This document shows positions 1-8,565 of a stretch of DNA of 15,425 bases, one piece after another. This DNA comes from a candidate division WOR-3 bacterium (GTDB taxonomy: Bacteria > Hydrothermota > Hydrothermia > LBFQ01 > DSFT01), in the NCBI GenBank assembly GCA_965649115.1, contig CBFGJN010000046.1, positions 1 through 15,425 of the forward strand, given 5' to 3'. The first letter of the stretch is position 1. Each line of letters begins with the position of its first letter. The notes under the pieces were generated by a model. It saw only the letters and a program-made list of their open reading frames with translations, searched no databases and was not told the DNA's origin. The position numbers and the translations under genes are program-made.

Positions 1-753
1 AGGGCTAGTGGTATTCCACCAAGTGGATGGTCAGCTGTTCAAAATATTGACTTTTCAACAGTTGATAGTAGAACACCAACAGTTCATACTGATGCAAGAT
101 GGCAGTGGTGTCCTGGTGCTACTACAAGTTCAGCAAATTATTTCCATGTTGCATTTTATCATAGATGCCCGAATACTTATGACGGGAGCTTATGTAATGC
201 TCCTTATACATCTTATAATAACACATTTAGGGTTGCTGTTTTAAGGTACAATTGGGATTTAACACAAAGTGGTCCGGAAATATGTGGTAATTTAGTAGCG
301 GACACAATAGCAATTCCTCCACCTCCAAGTTATTCTGGTGGTGGTCTTTGGCAAAATTGGTGGCAAATAAATGGAACAACATTCAGAACGACACAAAGTT
401 TAACTTCACCTTGGTGGTTTGGAGCAATGTGGGTTTATTGTTATAATAGAGGACCTGATGGTATCTGTGGAACAAGTGATGATGTTGATTGGAATATGGA
501 ATGGACAATTTTGAGTTATTCTTGTATTACACCTGTAAGTAAAGATGAATTAAAAGAAGGAAAAGATTTTATTATTAAAGGAAAGCTCGTTGAAATTTAT
601 CTAAATAATGATTGGGAATTTAAAGTTTATGATGTTTCAGGAAGAAAGCTTTTTGAAATAAAAGGAAAGGGTAATAGTAAATTCAATTTGAATCTTCCAA
701 AAGGTGCTTATATTTATAAAATTAACGATAAATTTGGAAAATTTATTTTATAG
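1..753 (+). CDS. Secreted Cys/Trp-rich protein with T9SS type A-like C-terminal sorting domain (5' truncated by window edge)
   Basis: Frame +1 is open from base 1 (RASGIPPSGWSAVQNIDF...) to TAG at 751-753; the listed 427..753 ORF is only its tail. The C-terminus FKVYDVSGRKL...LPKGAYIYKIND...KFIL matches the YDxxG(R/K) and LxxGxYxxK pattern of T9SS CTDs. Confidence 0.8.
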   Translation, partial: RASGIPPSGWSAVQNIDFSTVDSRTPTVHTDARWQWCPGATTSSANYFHVAFYHRCPNTYDGSLCNAPYTSYNNTFRVAVLRYNWDLTQSGPEICGNLVADTIAIPPPPSYSGGGLWQNWWQINGTTFRTTQSLTSPWWFGAMWVYCYNRGPDGICGTSDDVDWNMEWTILSYSCITPVSKDELKEGKDFIIKGKLVEIYLNNDWEFKVYDVSGRKLFEIKGKGNSKFNLNLPKGAYIYKINDKFGKFIL

Positions 754-768
754 GGGCTTTTGCCCCTA
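751..768. terminator. Probable bidirectional intrinsic terminator between convergent genes
   Basis: Perfect hairpin TAGGGGC-TTTT-GCCCCTA. Its outer triplets are the TAG stop codons of the two convergent genes. Confidence 0.55.
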
Positions 769-2520
769 AAACCCAAAAATTTCAATCCATCTTGAAATAA
801 CTAAAAATTCAAAAACATTTAAATAATTAAATTTCTTTCCTTGAAATTCTTCATTTGAAATTTCAATAATTTTTTCAAAGTTTAAGAAATCCAATTTTTT
901 TAATTTTTCTATTTCATTTCTAACGAAATTTTGATTTTCATATAACCAACCCCTTATAGGACCTCCAAATCCCCTCTTTCTCCTCTTTGAAATTTCAGGA
1001 AAATAATCATTTATAACTTCTTTTAATAATTTTTTTTCAATTTTCAAATGATAACTTAATTTTTTTGAAAATTCAATTATCCTATCATCTAAAAATGGAA
1101 CTCTTAATTCAACACTTTTTGCCATAGAAAGTTTATCTGAATAAATAAGATTGTGAAATGGTAAAAATGTTTTAAAATCAAATAAAAGCATTTTCTCATA
1201 AAAATTTCCACTTATTTCATCAAAAATTTTTTGAATTTCAGAAAAAGGATTGTAGTTTATTTTAAATAAATTCTTTATTTCCTCGTCAGTATAATATGCC
1301 AAATAATAATAATATCGTTTTGACCAAACTCTTTTTAATTTTTCAAAATCCCTTGAAATTTTTCCAAAATAGTTTGGAAAATAAATTTTATTTAATGGAA
1401 GAAACTTAAATTTTTCGTAAATTAAATAAGCTTTATATCTTGGATAACCCCCAAACAGCTCATCTCCTCCCATACCTGATAAAACAACTCTTGACTTATA
1501 ATAATCGCACATTAAATATGTTGAAATGCCTGCACTATCTCCAATTGGCTCTTCAATATAATAAACGAAATTGTTTAGTATTTCTTCATTAAAATCAAAT
1601 TCTATTCCTTCAATTTCAAAATTTAGTTTTTGAGATAATTTTTTGGCATAATAAAATTCATCATTTATAATATCTTTTGAAATGTGTTTTTTCTTATAAA
1701 TCAAACTAAATGCTTTTAATTTTTTATATTTACTTGAAAATAATGCTATTAGACTTGAATCAATTCCGCCACTTAAAAACAAGCTAACTTCAACATCACT
1801 AATCAATTGACTTTTTATAACCTTATCAAAAATTTCAATAAATTCTTTCTTTGCTAATTCTAAATTATTAATTTCATTTTTGAATTCATAATGCCAATAA
1901 TAATAATTTTTAATGCCATTTTTTGAAAATTCAAGAATTGAGGCAGGTTTTAGCCTATAAATACCTTTAAAAGCAGTTTCATCATCAAAATTAAATAAAA
2001 AAACAATATGATTTAAAATTGCAATTTCATTAATATCCTTTCTTTTAATAACATCAAAAATGGGCTTAATTTCAGATGAAAAAATAATTCCATTATCTTC
2101 AAAAGCATAGTAAAGTGGTTTAATACCTGCTTTATCTCTAATTAAATATATTTTTTTCTCATTCTTATCATAAAGGACAATTGAAAACATCCCTACAATT
2201 TTATTTAGTGCTTTTAAAATACCAAATTTATGAAATGTATAAAGCAGAACTTCACTATCTGAATTTGTTTTGAATTCATATTCTTTTAATTCTTCCTTCA
2301 ATTCTAAGAAATTATATATTTCTCCATTAAATGCCATTACTAAATTATCAAATTCCATAGGTTGATTTGCTTTATCGGAAAGGTCAATAATTTTTAATCT
2401 ACAAAATCCCAAATATAAATTCTCATCTTCATAATATCCAAAACTATCAGGACCTCTATGTTTTAATAATTTTAAATCTATTTTTCTTTTTATATTGAAA
2501 CTTCCGAAAAATCCACACAT
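766..2520 (-). CDS. asnB: Asparagine synthase (glutamine-hydrolysing) / AsnB-family amidotransferase
   Basis: N-terminal MCG nucleophile, HRGPD, FNGEIYN, RDxxGIKPLYY, LSGGIDSS, SGxGGDELFGGY and ELRVPFLD motifs; 584 aa. Confidence 0.93.
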   Translation of the reverse strand: MCGFFGSFNIKRKIDLKLLKHRGPDSFGYYEDENLYLGFCRLKIIDLSDKANQPMEFDNLVMAFNGEIYNFLELKEELKEYEFKTNSDSEVLLYTFHKFGILKALNKIVGMFSIVLYDKNEKKIYLIRDKAGIKPLYYAFEDNGIIFSSEIKPIFDVIKRKDINEIAILNHIVFLFNFDDETAFKGIYRLKPASILEFSKNGIKNYYYWHYEFKNEINNLELAKKEFIEIFDKVIKSQLISDVEVSLFLSGGIDSSLIALFSSKYKKLKAFSLIYKKKHISKDIINDEFYYAKKLSQKLNFEIEGIEFDFNEEILNNFVYYIEEPIGDSAGISTYLMCDYYKSRVVLSGMGGDELFGGYPRYKAYLIYEKFKFLPLNKIYFPNYFGKISRDFEKLKRVWSKRYYYYLAYYTDEEIKNLFKINYNPFSEIQKIFDEISGNFYEKMLLFDFKTFLPFHNLIYSDKLSMAKSVELRVPFLDDRIIEFSKKLSYHLKIEKKLLKEVINDYFPEISKRRKRGFGGPIRGWLYENQNFVRNEIEKLKKLDFLNFEKIIEISNEEFQGKKFNYLNVFEFLVISRWIEIFGF

Positions 2521-3476
2521 ACCTCACCATTACCTTCTTCAACTCTTCCAAGAACAACATAATCAATTTTTAAATTACTTAATTCCTTTTCATCTAATAT
2601 CAAAACCATACCAATACCCATATTCCAAACCCTAAATGCTTCATTTAATGAAACATTTCCAATTTTTACAAAAAATTTAAAAATTTTCGGAATATCATAA
2701 TTTATTTTAATTTTAGCATCTAAATCGCTTCTTAAAATCCTCTTTATATTATCATAAAATCCACCACCTGTTATATGGCAAGCCATTTTAAAATTAATAT
2801 CTAAAATTTCTTTATAAATTCTTGTAGGTTTAAGCAAAATTTCACCAAGCTTTTCAGTTTCTGAAATTTCACTATAAACGTTTTTTAATTTTAGATGTCT
2901 TTCTTTTATAATTTTTCTAATCAATGTATAACCATTTGAGTGAAATCCATTTGAAGGAATTCCAATTATAATATCTCCCTTTTTTAAATTTTCCTTTTTT
3001 GGTATTTTATCTTTTTCAACAATTCCTACAACAAAACCTGCAATATCAAGTTTATTTTTTTTAAAAATTCCTTTAAGTTCAGCAGTTTCTCCACCTATCA
3101 ATTGACAATCACAATAAGAACATGCATTTATAATTCCATCTATAATTTCTTTTGAAATTTCTAAATTTAAGTTTTCAACTGCATAATAATCTAAAAAGAA
3201 TAGGGGTTTTGCTTTCATTACATAAATATCATTAACATTCATAGCTACTAAATCTATACCAATTGTTTTATAGTTTTTCATTTTTCTTGCTATTTCTAAT
3301 TTTGTTCCAACACCATCTGTTGAACTAACTAATATAGGATGCTTATAATTTTTAACAATTTCTTTTATATCAAATAAACCACCAAATAAACCTATGTTTT
3401 CTCCAACTCTTTTCTTTATATAATTAACGAATTCATTTGCCTTATCTATATCTACACCTGCTTGCTTATATAACAT
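2490..3476 (-). CDS. purM: Phosphoribosylformylglycinamidine cyclo-ligase (AIR synthetase)
   Basis: YKQAGVDI, STDGVGTK, GGETAE, SNGFHSNGY, HITGGG and NMGIG motifs. Overlaps the asnB start by 31 bp. Confidence 0.96.
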   Translation of the reverse strand: MLYKQAGVDIDKANEFVNYIKKRVGENIGLFGGLFDIKEIVKNYKHPILVSSTDGVGTKLEIARKMKNYKTIGIDLVAMNVNDIYVMKAKPLFFLDYYAVENLNLEISKEIIDGIINACSYCDCQLIGGETAELKGIFKKNKLDIAGFVVGIVEKDKIPKKENLKKGDIIIGIPSNGFHSNGYTLIRKIIKERHLKLKNVYSEISETEKLGEILLKPTRIYKEILDINFKMACHITGGGFYDNIKRILRSDLDAKIKINYDIPKIFKFFVKIGNVSLNEAFRVWNMGIGMVLILDEKELSNLKIDYVVLGRVEEGNGEVCVDFSEVSI

Positions 3477-4306
3477 TATTTTATAAATAACATCCTTATT
3501 CTTCTTACAAAGCTTAAATTTGCATCAGCATTTGTGTGATGTTGAATGTAGGCAAAAGCAGTATCAAATGTTGATTGATAAATAATTCCTTTATAACTTA
3601 TAAGTTTTATGCTATCAATCATAAACTTATAAGCATAGTTCTGCTTTGTTGTTGTATCACTTTCATTACAACTCAAATTTTGATTATTTGAAATTTTATT
3701 AAATTTGTATCTGTATTTTACTTTTGAGAAAATCAAATTTACAATTGAATAGGTTGTATCATTGATTTGAGAAATTTTTGAAATTGAACTATCTATGTAA
3801 ATTGTATCAATATAAACCTTTAATGAACAATCAAACATAAAATTCCCAATAAATAAAGAATCGTAAATTGCTTTATATGTGCTTTCCATAGGCTTTAAAT
3901 TCTGATTTAAAGGATAAGGATACTTATATGGTAAGTTAATGCTTATTTCTTTAAAGAAATCAAAAATTTTAACATTTCTTTGAAGATAATTATCAAAAAC
4001 TTTAAGAGTATCGTAAATTATCTTTATTGGATTTACAATAGACCAAATGGAGTCATAATAGGGAAGTGTTAAATTAGAAGTATCTCCAAAAATTCTAACA
4101 AGTGTGTCATAATTTGGAATTATCCAATTAGAAGAATAAAAGCTATACTTATAATAGGCACTATCTAAATAAAGATAAGTTTTTTTGGTTTTTGGTAAGA
4201 AATTCCAAAATTCAAGAGAAGAATAAGGATTTTTGGGTTTGGAAGGCTCAGTGGTTTTTTTAGAGCAAGCGAATAATAAAATTAAAAGTGAAATAACAAA
4301 CCTCAT
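3476..4306 (-). CDS. Uncharacterised lipoprotein rich in D-S/T motifs
   Basis: Signal peptide MRFVISLLILLFA-C with a lipobox-like LFAC. Its stop overlaps the purM start (TAATG). Confidence 0.8.
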   Translation of the reverse strand: MRFVISLLILLFACSKKTTEPSKPKNPYSSLEFWNFLPKTKKTYLYLDSAYYKYSFYSSNWIIPNYDTLVRIFGDTSNLTLPYYDSIWSIVNPIKIIYDTLKVFDNYLQRNVKIFDFFKEISINLPYKYPYPLNQNLKPMESTYKAIYDSLFIGNFMFDCSLKVYIDTIYIDSSISKISQINDTTYSIVNLIFSKVKYRYKFNKISNNQNLSCNESDTTTKQNYAYKFMIDSIKLISYKGIIYQSTFDTAFAYIQHHTNADANLSFVRRIRMLFIK

Positions 4307-4313
4307 AATGATA

Positions 4314-4323
4314 ATTTTAAAGT
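4314..4323 (-). promoter_or_regulatory. Putative extended -10 element (ACTTTAAAAT) 7 nt before the lipoprotein ATG
   Basis: The same motif at the same spacing recurs before hisS, the PCD gene and the FG-GAP gene; no SD is present. Confidence 0.6.
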
Positions 4324-4335
4324 TTGGTTTATAAA

Positions 4336-4487
4336 TGCCTTGTCCAATAATTCTAAAAATATAATTTCTATATTTTGCCCACCATCCACCCTGAATTCAA
4401 GTGGACGGCTTTAAAACTTTGCCCCCTAAAATCCCCCATTAAATCAATTGACAATCAAGGACTTAACGCTATTTGCTGGACAAGGCA
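4336..4487 (+). mobile_element. MITE-like element copy A (152 bp, internally deleted)
   Basis: Perfect terminal inverted repeat TGCCTTGTCCA / TGGACAAGGCA. The body is homologous to copies at 9894, 10108, 15034 and 15247 but lacks the left arms of both internal hairpins. Confidence 0.8.
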
Positions 4488-4523
4488 TAAAATAACCCAT
4501 CTAAATTTGCTTTTTATTTATTC

Positions 4524-4534
4524 TACTTTAAAAT
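4524..4534 (+). promoter_or_regulatory. Putative extended -10 element (TACTTTAAAAT) 7 nt before the hisS ATG
   Basis: TAAAAT at 4529-4534, ATG at 4542, no SD. A possible -35 TTGCTT lies at 4507-4512 (16-bp spacer). Confidence 0.6.
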
Positions 4535-4541
4535 TTTTATA

Positions 4542-5819
4542 ATGTCTAATATACCAAGGGGAACAAGGGACTTTTTACCATCAGAACAAATAAAAAGGGA
4601 AATTTTAATTGATAAAATAAAAAATGTTTTTAGGAAATGGGGTTTTGATCCAATTGAAACCCCAACATTTGAGTATTATAAAACATTATCAGGTAAGTAC
4701 GGAGAGGAAGGTGAGAAACTTATTTATAAATTTTTGGATTTAGGTGGTAGAGAGCTTGGATTAAAATATGATTTAACAGTTCCCCTTGCTCGTTTTTTTA
4801 ATGACCATCAAAATGAAATTGTAAAACCATTTAAAAGGTATCAAATTCAACCTGTATTTAGAGCGGAAAAACCTCAAAAAGGAAGATACAGAGAATTCTA
4901 TCAATGTGATATTGATATTGTAGGTTCAAAAAACCTATTATCAGATATTACAATTATTTTAACGATAAATTCTGCACTTAAAGAAATTGGCATTGAAAAT
5001 TTTGTTATAAAAATAAATCATAGAAAAATTTTTAAATCAATTTCAAAGAAATTTAATATTGAAGGTAGAGAAATTGAATTAGCAAGGATTATTGATAAAT
5101 TAGAAAAAATAGGAATAGAAGGTGTTAAAAATCAACTAATTGAAAAAAACTTTAATAAAGATATTGTAGATGGTCTTATAAACATCATTTCAAGCAAATT
5201 TCAGCTTGAAGAATTGAGAAAATTTTTCAATGATGATGAATTTGAAATTGCTTATAATGAGTTAAATGAAATTTTCAAATATCTTAAAAAATTTAATGTT
5301 AATTTTGAATTTGATATTTCCTTAGCAAGAGGACTTGATTATTATACGGGAATGATATTTGAAACAAAAATTTTGAATTATGAAATTGGTTCAATAGCAA
5401 GTGGTGGTAGATATGATAATTTAATTGAGATTTTTACAGGTTATAAAGTTCCAGCAGTTGGTGGAAGTATTGGAATAGATAGATTATTAACAGCATTAAA
5501 TGAATTAAATTTATTTAATGAGAAAAAGACATGGACTGATATTTTAATAACATTTGTTAAATATGAGGATGAGATCATTAGCTATGGTTTAAAAATTTTA
5601 GAAAAATTACAAAATTTAGATTATAATGTTGATATTTATTGTGGAAATAAGGATTTGAGAGGACAATTGGGTTATGCTAATGAAAAGGGAATCAAAATTG
5701 CTATTATTATTGGTGAAGAGGAAGTTAAAAATAATAAGGTTATTGTTAAGTTTTTAGAAGAAAATTATCAAAGGGAGGTTAGTTTAGATGAACTTGAAAA
5801 ATGTCTTAATTCTAAATAA
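4542..5819 (+). CDS. hisS: Histidine--tRNA ligase
   Basis: PRGTRDFLP, YDLT, FRAEKPQKGRYREFYQCD, ARGLDYYTG and GGRYDNL motifs; 425 aa. Confidence 0.97.
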   Translation: MSNIPRGTRDFLPSEQIKREILIDKIKNVFRKWGFDPIETPTFEYYKTLSGKYGEEGEKLIYKFLDLGGRELGLKYDLTVPLARFFNDHQNEIVKPFKRYQIQPVFRAEKPQKGRYREFYQCDIDIVGSKNLLSDITIILTINSALKEIGIENFVIKINHRKIFKSISKKFNIEGREIELARIIDKLEKIGIEGVKNQLIEKNFNKDIVDGLINIISSKFQLEELRKFFNDDEFEIAYNELNEIFKYLKKFNVNFEFDISLARGLDYYTGMIFETKILNYEIGSIASGGRYDNLIEIFTGYKVPAVGGSIGIDRLLTALNELNLFNEKKTWTDILITFVKYEDEIISYGLKILEKLQNLDYNVDIYCGNKDLRGQLGYANEKGIKIAIIIGEEEVKNNKVIVKFLEENYQREVSLDELEKCLNSK

Positions 5820-8565
5820 TAATTTTAATGAGATTTTCTTTGAAGCAGGTGGAATTCTTTATCTATTTGAACAGGGATTTGTTCCTGATGCAATTATATC
5901 AACATCATTTTCTAGTATAACTTCTGCTTTTCTTGGAAAAGAGCCAACAATAAGAGGTATTAGAGATATTTTAGATTTTTATAGGAATTTAAAAAAGGAT
6001 AAATTTTTACATAAATCATTTTTTGATAAAATTCTTTTTAAAACAAATTATTCGTTTGATAAAATTGAGAGATTTTTGAGGAAAAACTTACCTGAAAGTT
6101 TTGGCTTATTAAAATTACCCGTTTATATCGTTTCTTATGATATTAAGACAAATGAGTTTAAAATTTTTGGTCAAAATCCAAACGATAACATTATAAATGC
6201 TATAAAAAATTCAATTTCAATTCCGCCTATATACAAAAATGAAAACTACATAAGTGCTAACATATTTCCCTTAAAACTTATTGAAATTGCACTTGAAGTA
6301 GAAGCAAACAGAATTTACTATTTTTTGGGTAATTATAATAAGCTTTATGAAATTATTTCAAAAGATTACAAAATTCTATTAAAAGAAAACTACAAAAACT
6401 TTATTGAAGATATTAGTGATTTATCTTCTCGTATATTGTTATTTGAATTTAGAAGTCCTTATAAGCTATTTGATTTTTCAAAGCCAAAGTTATTAATAGA
6501 AGAAGGATATAAGCAAGCAAGAAAGCAATATGTTAGTTATAAATTATTTAGGTTTGGTAGAATTAAAGAAACACTTGAATTATTAAAAAGGCCTGATTTG
6601 GATGATGAGGAGAAAATTATAAAAGCACATGCGATTTATCTTGAAGGAGATATTCCACAAGCTTATAGTCAATTTTCTGAACTATATGAAAAGTATCCTG
6701 AAAATGAAATTGTGGTTGTTGGATATGCTAATAGTTTAATAGATATTGGAGACTTACAAATGGCTGAACAAGTCCTTGAAAGTTATAAGAATAGAACGAA
6801 AAACCCTTATCTATTTGATAGTCTTTCAAGATATTATTTTTATAGAGGTGAAATAGATAAAAGTTTAGAAAATCTAAGAATTGCCATGAATTATGCAAAA
6901 AATGACCCGATTGCTTATAACTTAGCACTCATCCACTATGCAATTATTATGGCAAGTATTGGAAGGGTTAAAGATGCTTATGAATCATTTAATAATGCTA
7001 TTTTAAATTTAAAAAACCTTGACAATGCTTATTATTTATCATTTGCTTATACAAATGTTATGAATTTTTATATGAAACAAAGAGATAGAAAGAAACTAGA
7101 ATTTTTAATAACTGAGATTGAAGAAAGTTTAAATCTTTCTGGAAGTTCAAGAACAAAATTTCTATTTTATTTAAACTATGCTTTCTCAATTCACGAATTT
7201 TTATCTAATAAGTCTATTTCTATTGACTATGCAAGGAAAGCAATAGATATTGCCATTGAAAAAGGTTCTCCTCAAATGCTTTCATTAGCATTAAGTGGAT
7301 TAGGGGATCTTTATTCTAATATGAATGAATTTGAAAAAGCTGAAATTTACTTAAATGAAGCACTTAAAGTAGCATTAGAAAATGATTTAAAATATAATAT
7401 AATTTTAATAATAAATTCCCTCATTCAAGTGAAATTAAAACTTAACAAAATTGATGAAGCAATGAAACTATTTGAATTATTTCCAAGTGAAGAGCAAATT
7501 CCTCCACCTGATTTAATTGTTTTAAATTCAATAAAAGCTTTAATATATCAAAAGATTGTTGATAATGAAAAATTAAAAAAACAGTTAGAAATAACGAGAA
7601 ATTTAATTAAAGAATTTAAGATATTTGATATTGGGAAAATTTTTCCAGTTTTTCAAGGTGAAATTTCAAAAATTGTTTCTTCAAATTTAACAATTGATGA
7701 AATAATTGAGATAAAAAGTGGTGAGCTTTTAATGGAAAAAATTAAAAATGAACCAAAAGTTATTGAGGAATTTCTTGAAAAAATTAATGTTGAAGATTCA
7801 ATAAATTACATAGAAATTATAAAAGCAATTTCAAAAGATGAAAAGAAATTTAAAATTCAAATTGATAGATTTAGTGAGCATTGGAGAAAATTCTGCGAGC
7901 AATATATTACTACATTTGGTGATGTTGTTTATTTCTTCAATAATGACATAAGACCAATTACAATTTTTGGTGATGAAATTAACCTGCTAATTTTACTTTA
8001 TTTAATATCAAATAGAGATAGAGTTATTACTTATGGTAATTTATCAATAACATTTGGAATTCATTCAGAAAATTTGAAAGAAAGGCTAAAACAAATTTTG
8101 GAAGTTATTGAACCTTGGACGATTACACAAACTCCCAAGTACTTAATAATTGAAAATGATAGGATTTTGTTTAAAACTGATGAGAACTTTAAAGTAGATT
8201 TATACTTGTTTGAAGATTATTTAGAGAATGGAGATTTTGAATCAGCTATAAATATATATCATGGAGATTTTTTGCCATTTATTAGTCATCCTTTCTTTTC
8301 AGATTTAAGAAGTAGATTAAAGAATTTGTATTTAGATGCTGTTTATAGTTTAGCACAGAATTACATTTCAGATGGGAATTATGATAGAGCAATAGTTATT
8401 CTTGAAAGTCTTTTAAATAGAGATATTTTAAATGTTGAGCATCTGAAATTGCTTATCTCAGTCTTATATAAAGTAGGTAAGAGAGCATATGCTTATGAGT
8501 GGTATTTAAGATATTTAACCAAGGTTGAAGAACCAAGATTTAAATTTGAAGAAATTATCTCATGA
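5788..8565 (+). CDS. Patatin-like (degenerate) + TPR + wHTH/BTAD (SARP-type) transcriptional regulator
   Basis: The first ~240 aa follow the patatin pattern (PDAIISTSFSSI; AIKNSISIPPIY). The centre has TPR-like repeats (ALSGLGDLYSNMNEFEKAEIYLNEAL). The C-terminus has a BTAD pattern (VDLYLF...AINIYHGDFLP...RSRLKNLY...LAQNYISDGNYDRAI...YKVGKRAYAYEWY). SD GGAGG at 5774-5778. Confidence 0.8.
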   Translation: MNLKNVLILNNNFNEIFFEAGGILYLFEQGFVPDAIISTSFSSITSAFLGKEPTIRGIRDILDFYRNLKKDKFLHKSFFDKILFKTNYSFDKIERFLRKNLPESFGLLKLPVYIVSYDIKTNEFKIFGQNPNDNIINAIKNSISIPPIYKNENYISANIFPLKLIEIALEVEANRIYYFLGNYNKLYEIISKDYKILLKENYKNFIEDISDLSSRILLFEFRSPYKLFDFSKPKLLIEEGYKQARKQYVSYKLFRFGRIKETLELLKRPDLDDEEKIIKAHAIYLEGDIPQAYSQFSELYEKYPENEIVVVGYANSLIDIGDLQMAEQVLESYKNRTKNPYLFDSLSRYYFYRGEIDKSLENLRIAMNYAKNDPIAYNLALIHYAIIMASIGRVKDAYESFNNAILNLKNLDNAYYLSFAYTNVMNFYMKQRDRKKLEFLITEIEESLNLSGSSRTKFLFYLNYAFSIHEFLSNKSISIDYARKAIDIAIEKGSPQMLSLALSGLGDLYSNMNEFEKAEIYLNEALKVALENDLKYNIILIINSLIQVKLKLNKIDEAMKLFELFPSEEQIPPPDLIVLNSIKALIYQKIVDNEKLKKQLEITRNLIKEFKIFDIGKIFPVFQGEISKIVSSNLTIDEIIEIKSGELLMEKIKNEPKVIEEFLEKINVEDSINYIEIIKAISKDEKKFKIQIDRFSEHWRKFCEQYITTFGDVVYFFNNDIRPITIFGDEINLLILLYLISNRDRVITYGNLSITFGIHSENLKERLKQILEVIEPWTITQTPKYLIIENDRILFKTDENFKVDLYLFEDYLENGDFESAINIYHGDFLPFISHPFFSDLRSRLKNLYLDAVYSLAQNYISDGNYDRAIVILESLLNRDILNVEHLKLLISVLYKVGKRAYAYEWYLRYLTKVEEPRFKFEEIIS

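Noticed and set aside
8..244. 78-aa ORF
   Set aside because: Alternative frame overlapping the continuous frame +1 CDS (1..753).
4336..4487. Assignment of the element to a named IS family
   Set aside because: 9-bp duplications occur in several DDE families and I cannot match these TIRs with confidence without an ISfinder search.
6728..6928. 66-aa minus-strand ORF
   Set aside because: Antisense shadow within the regulator gene; no recognisable motifs.
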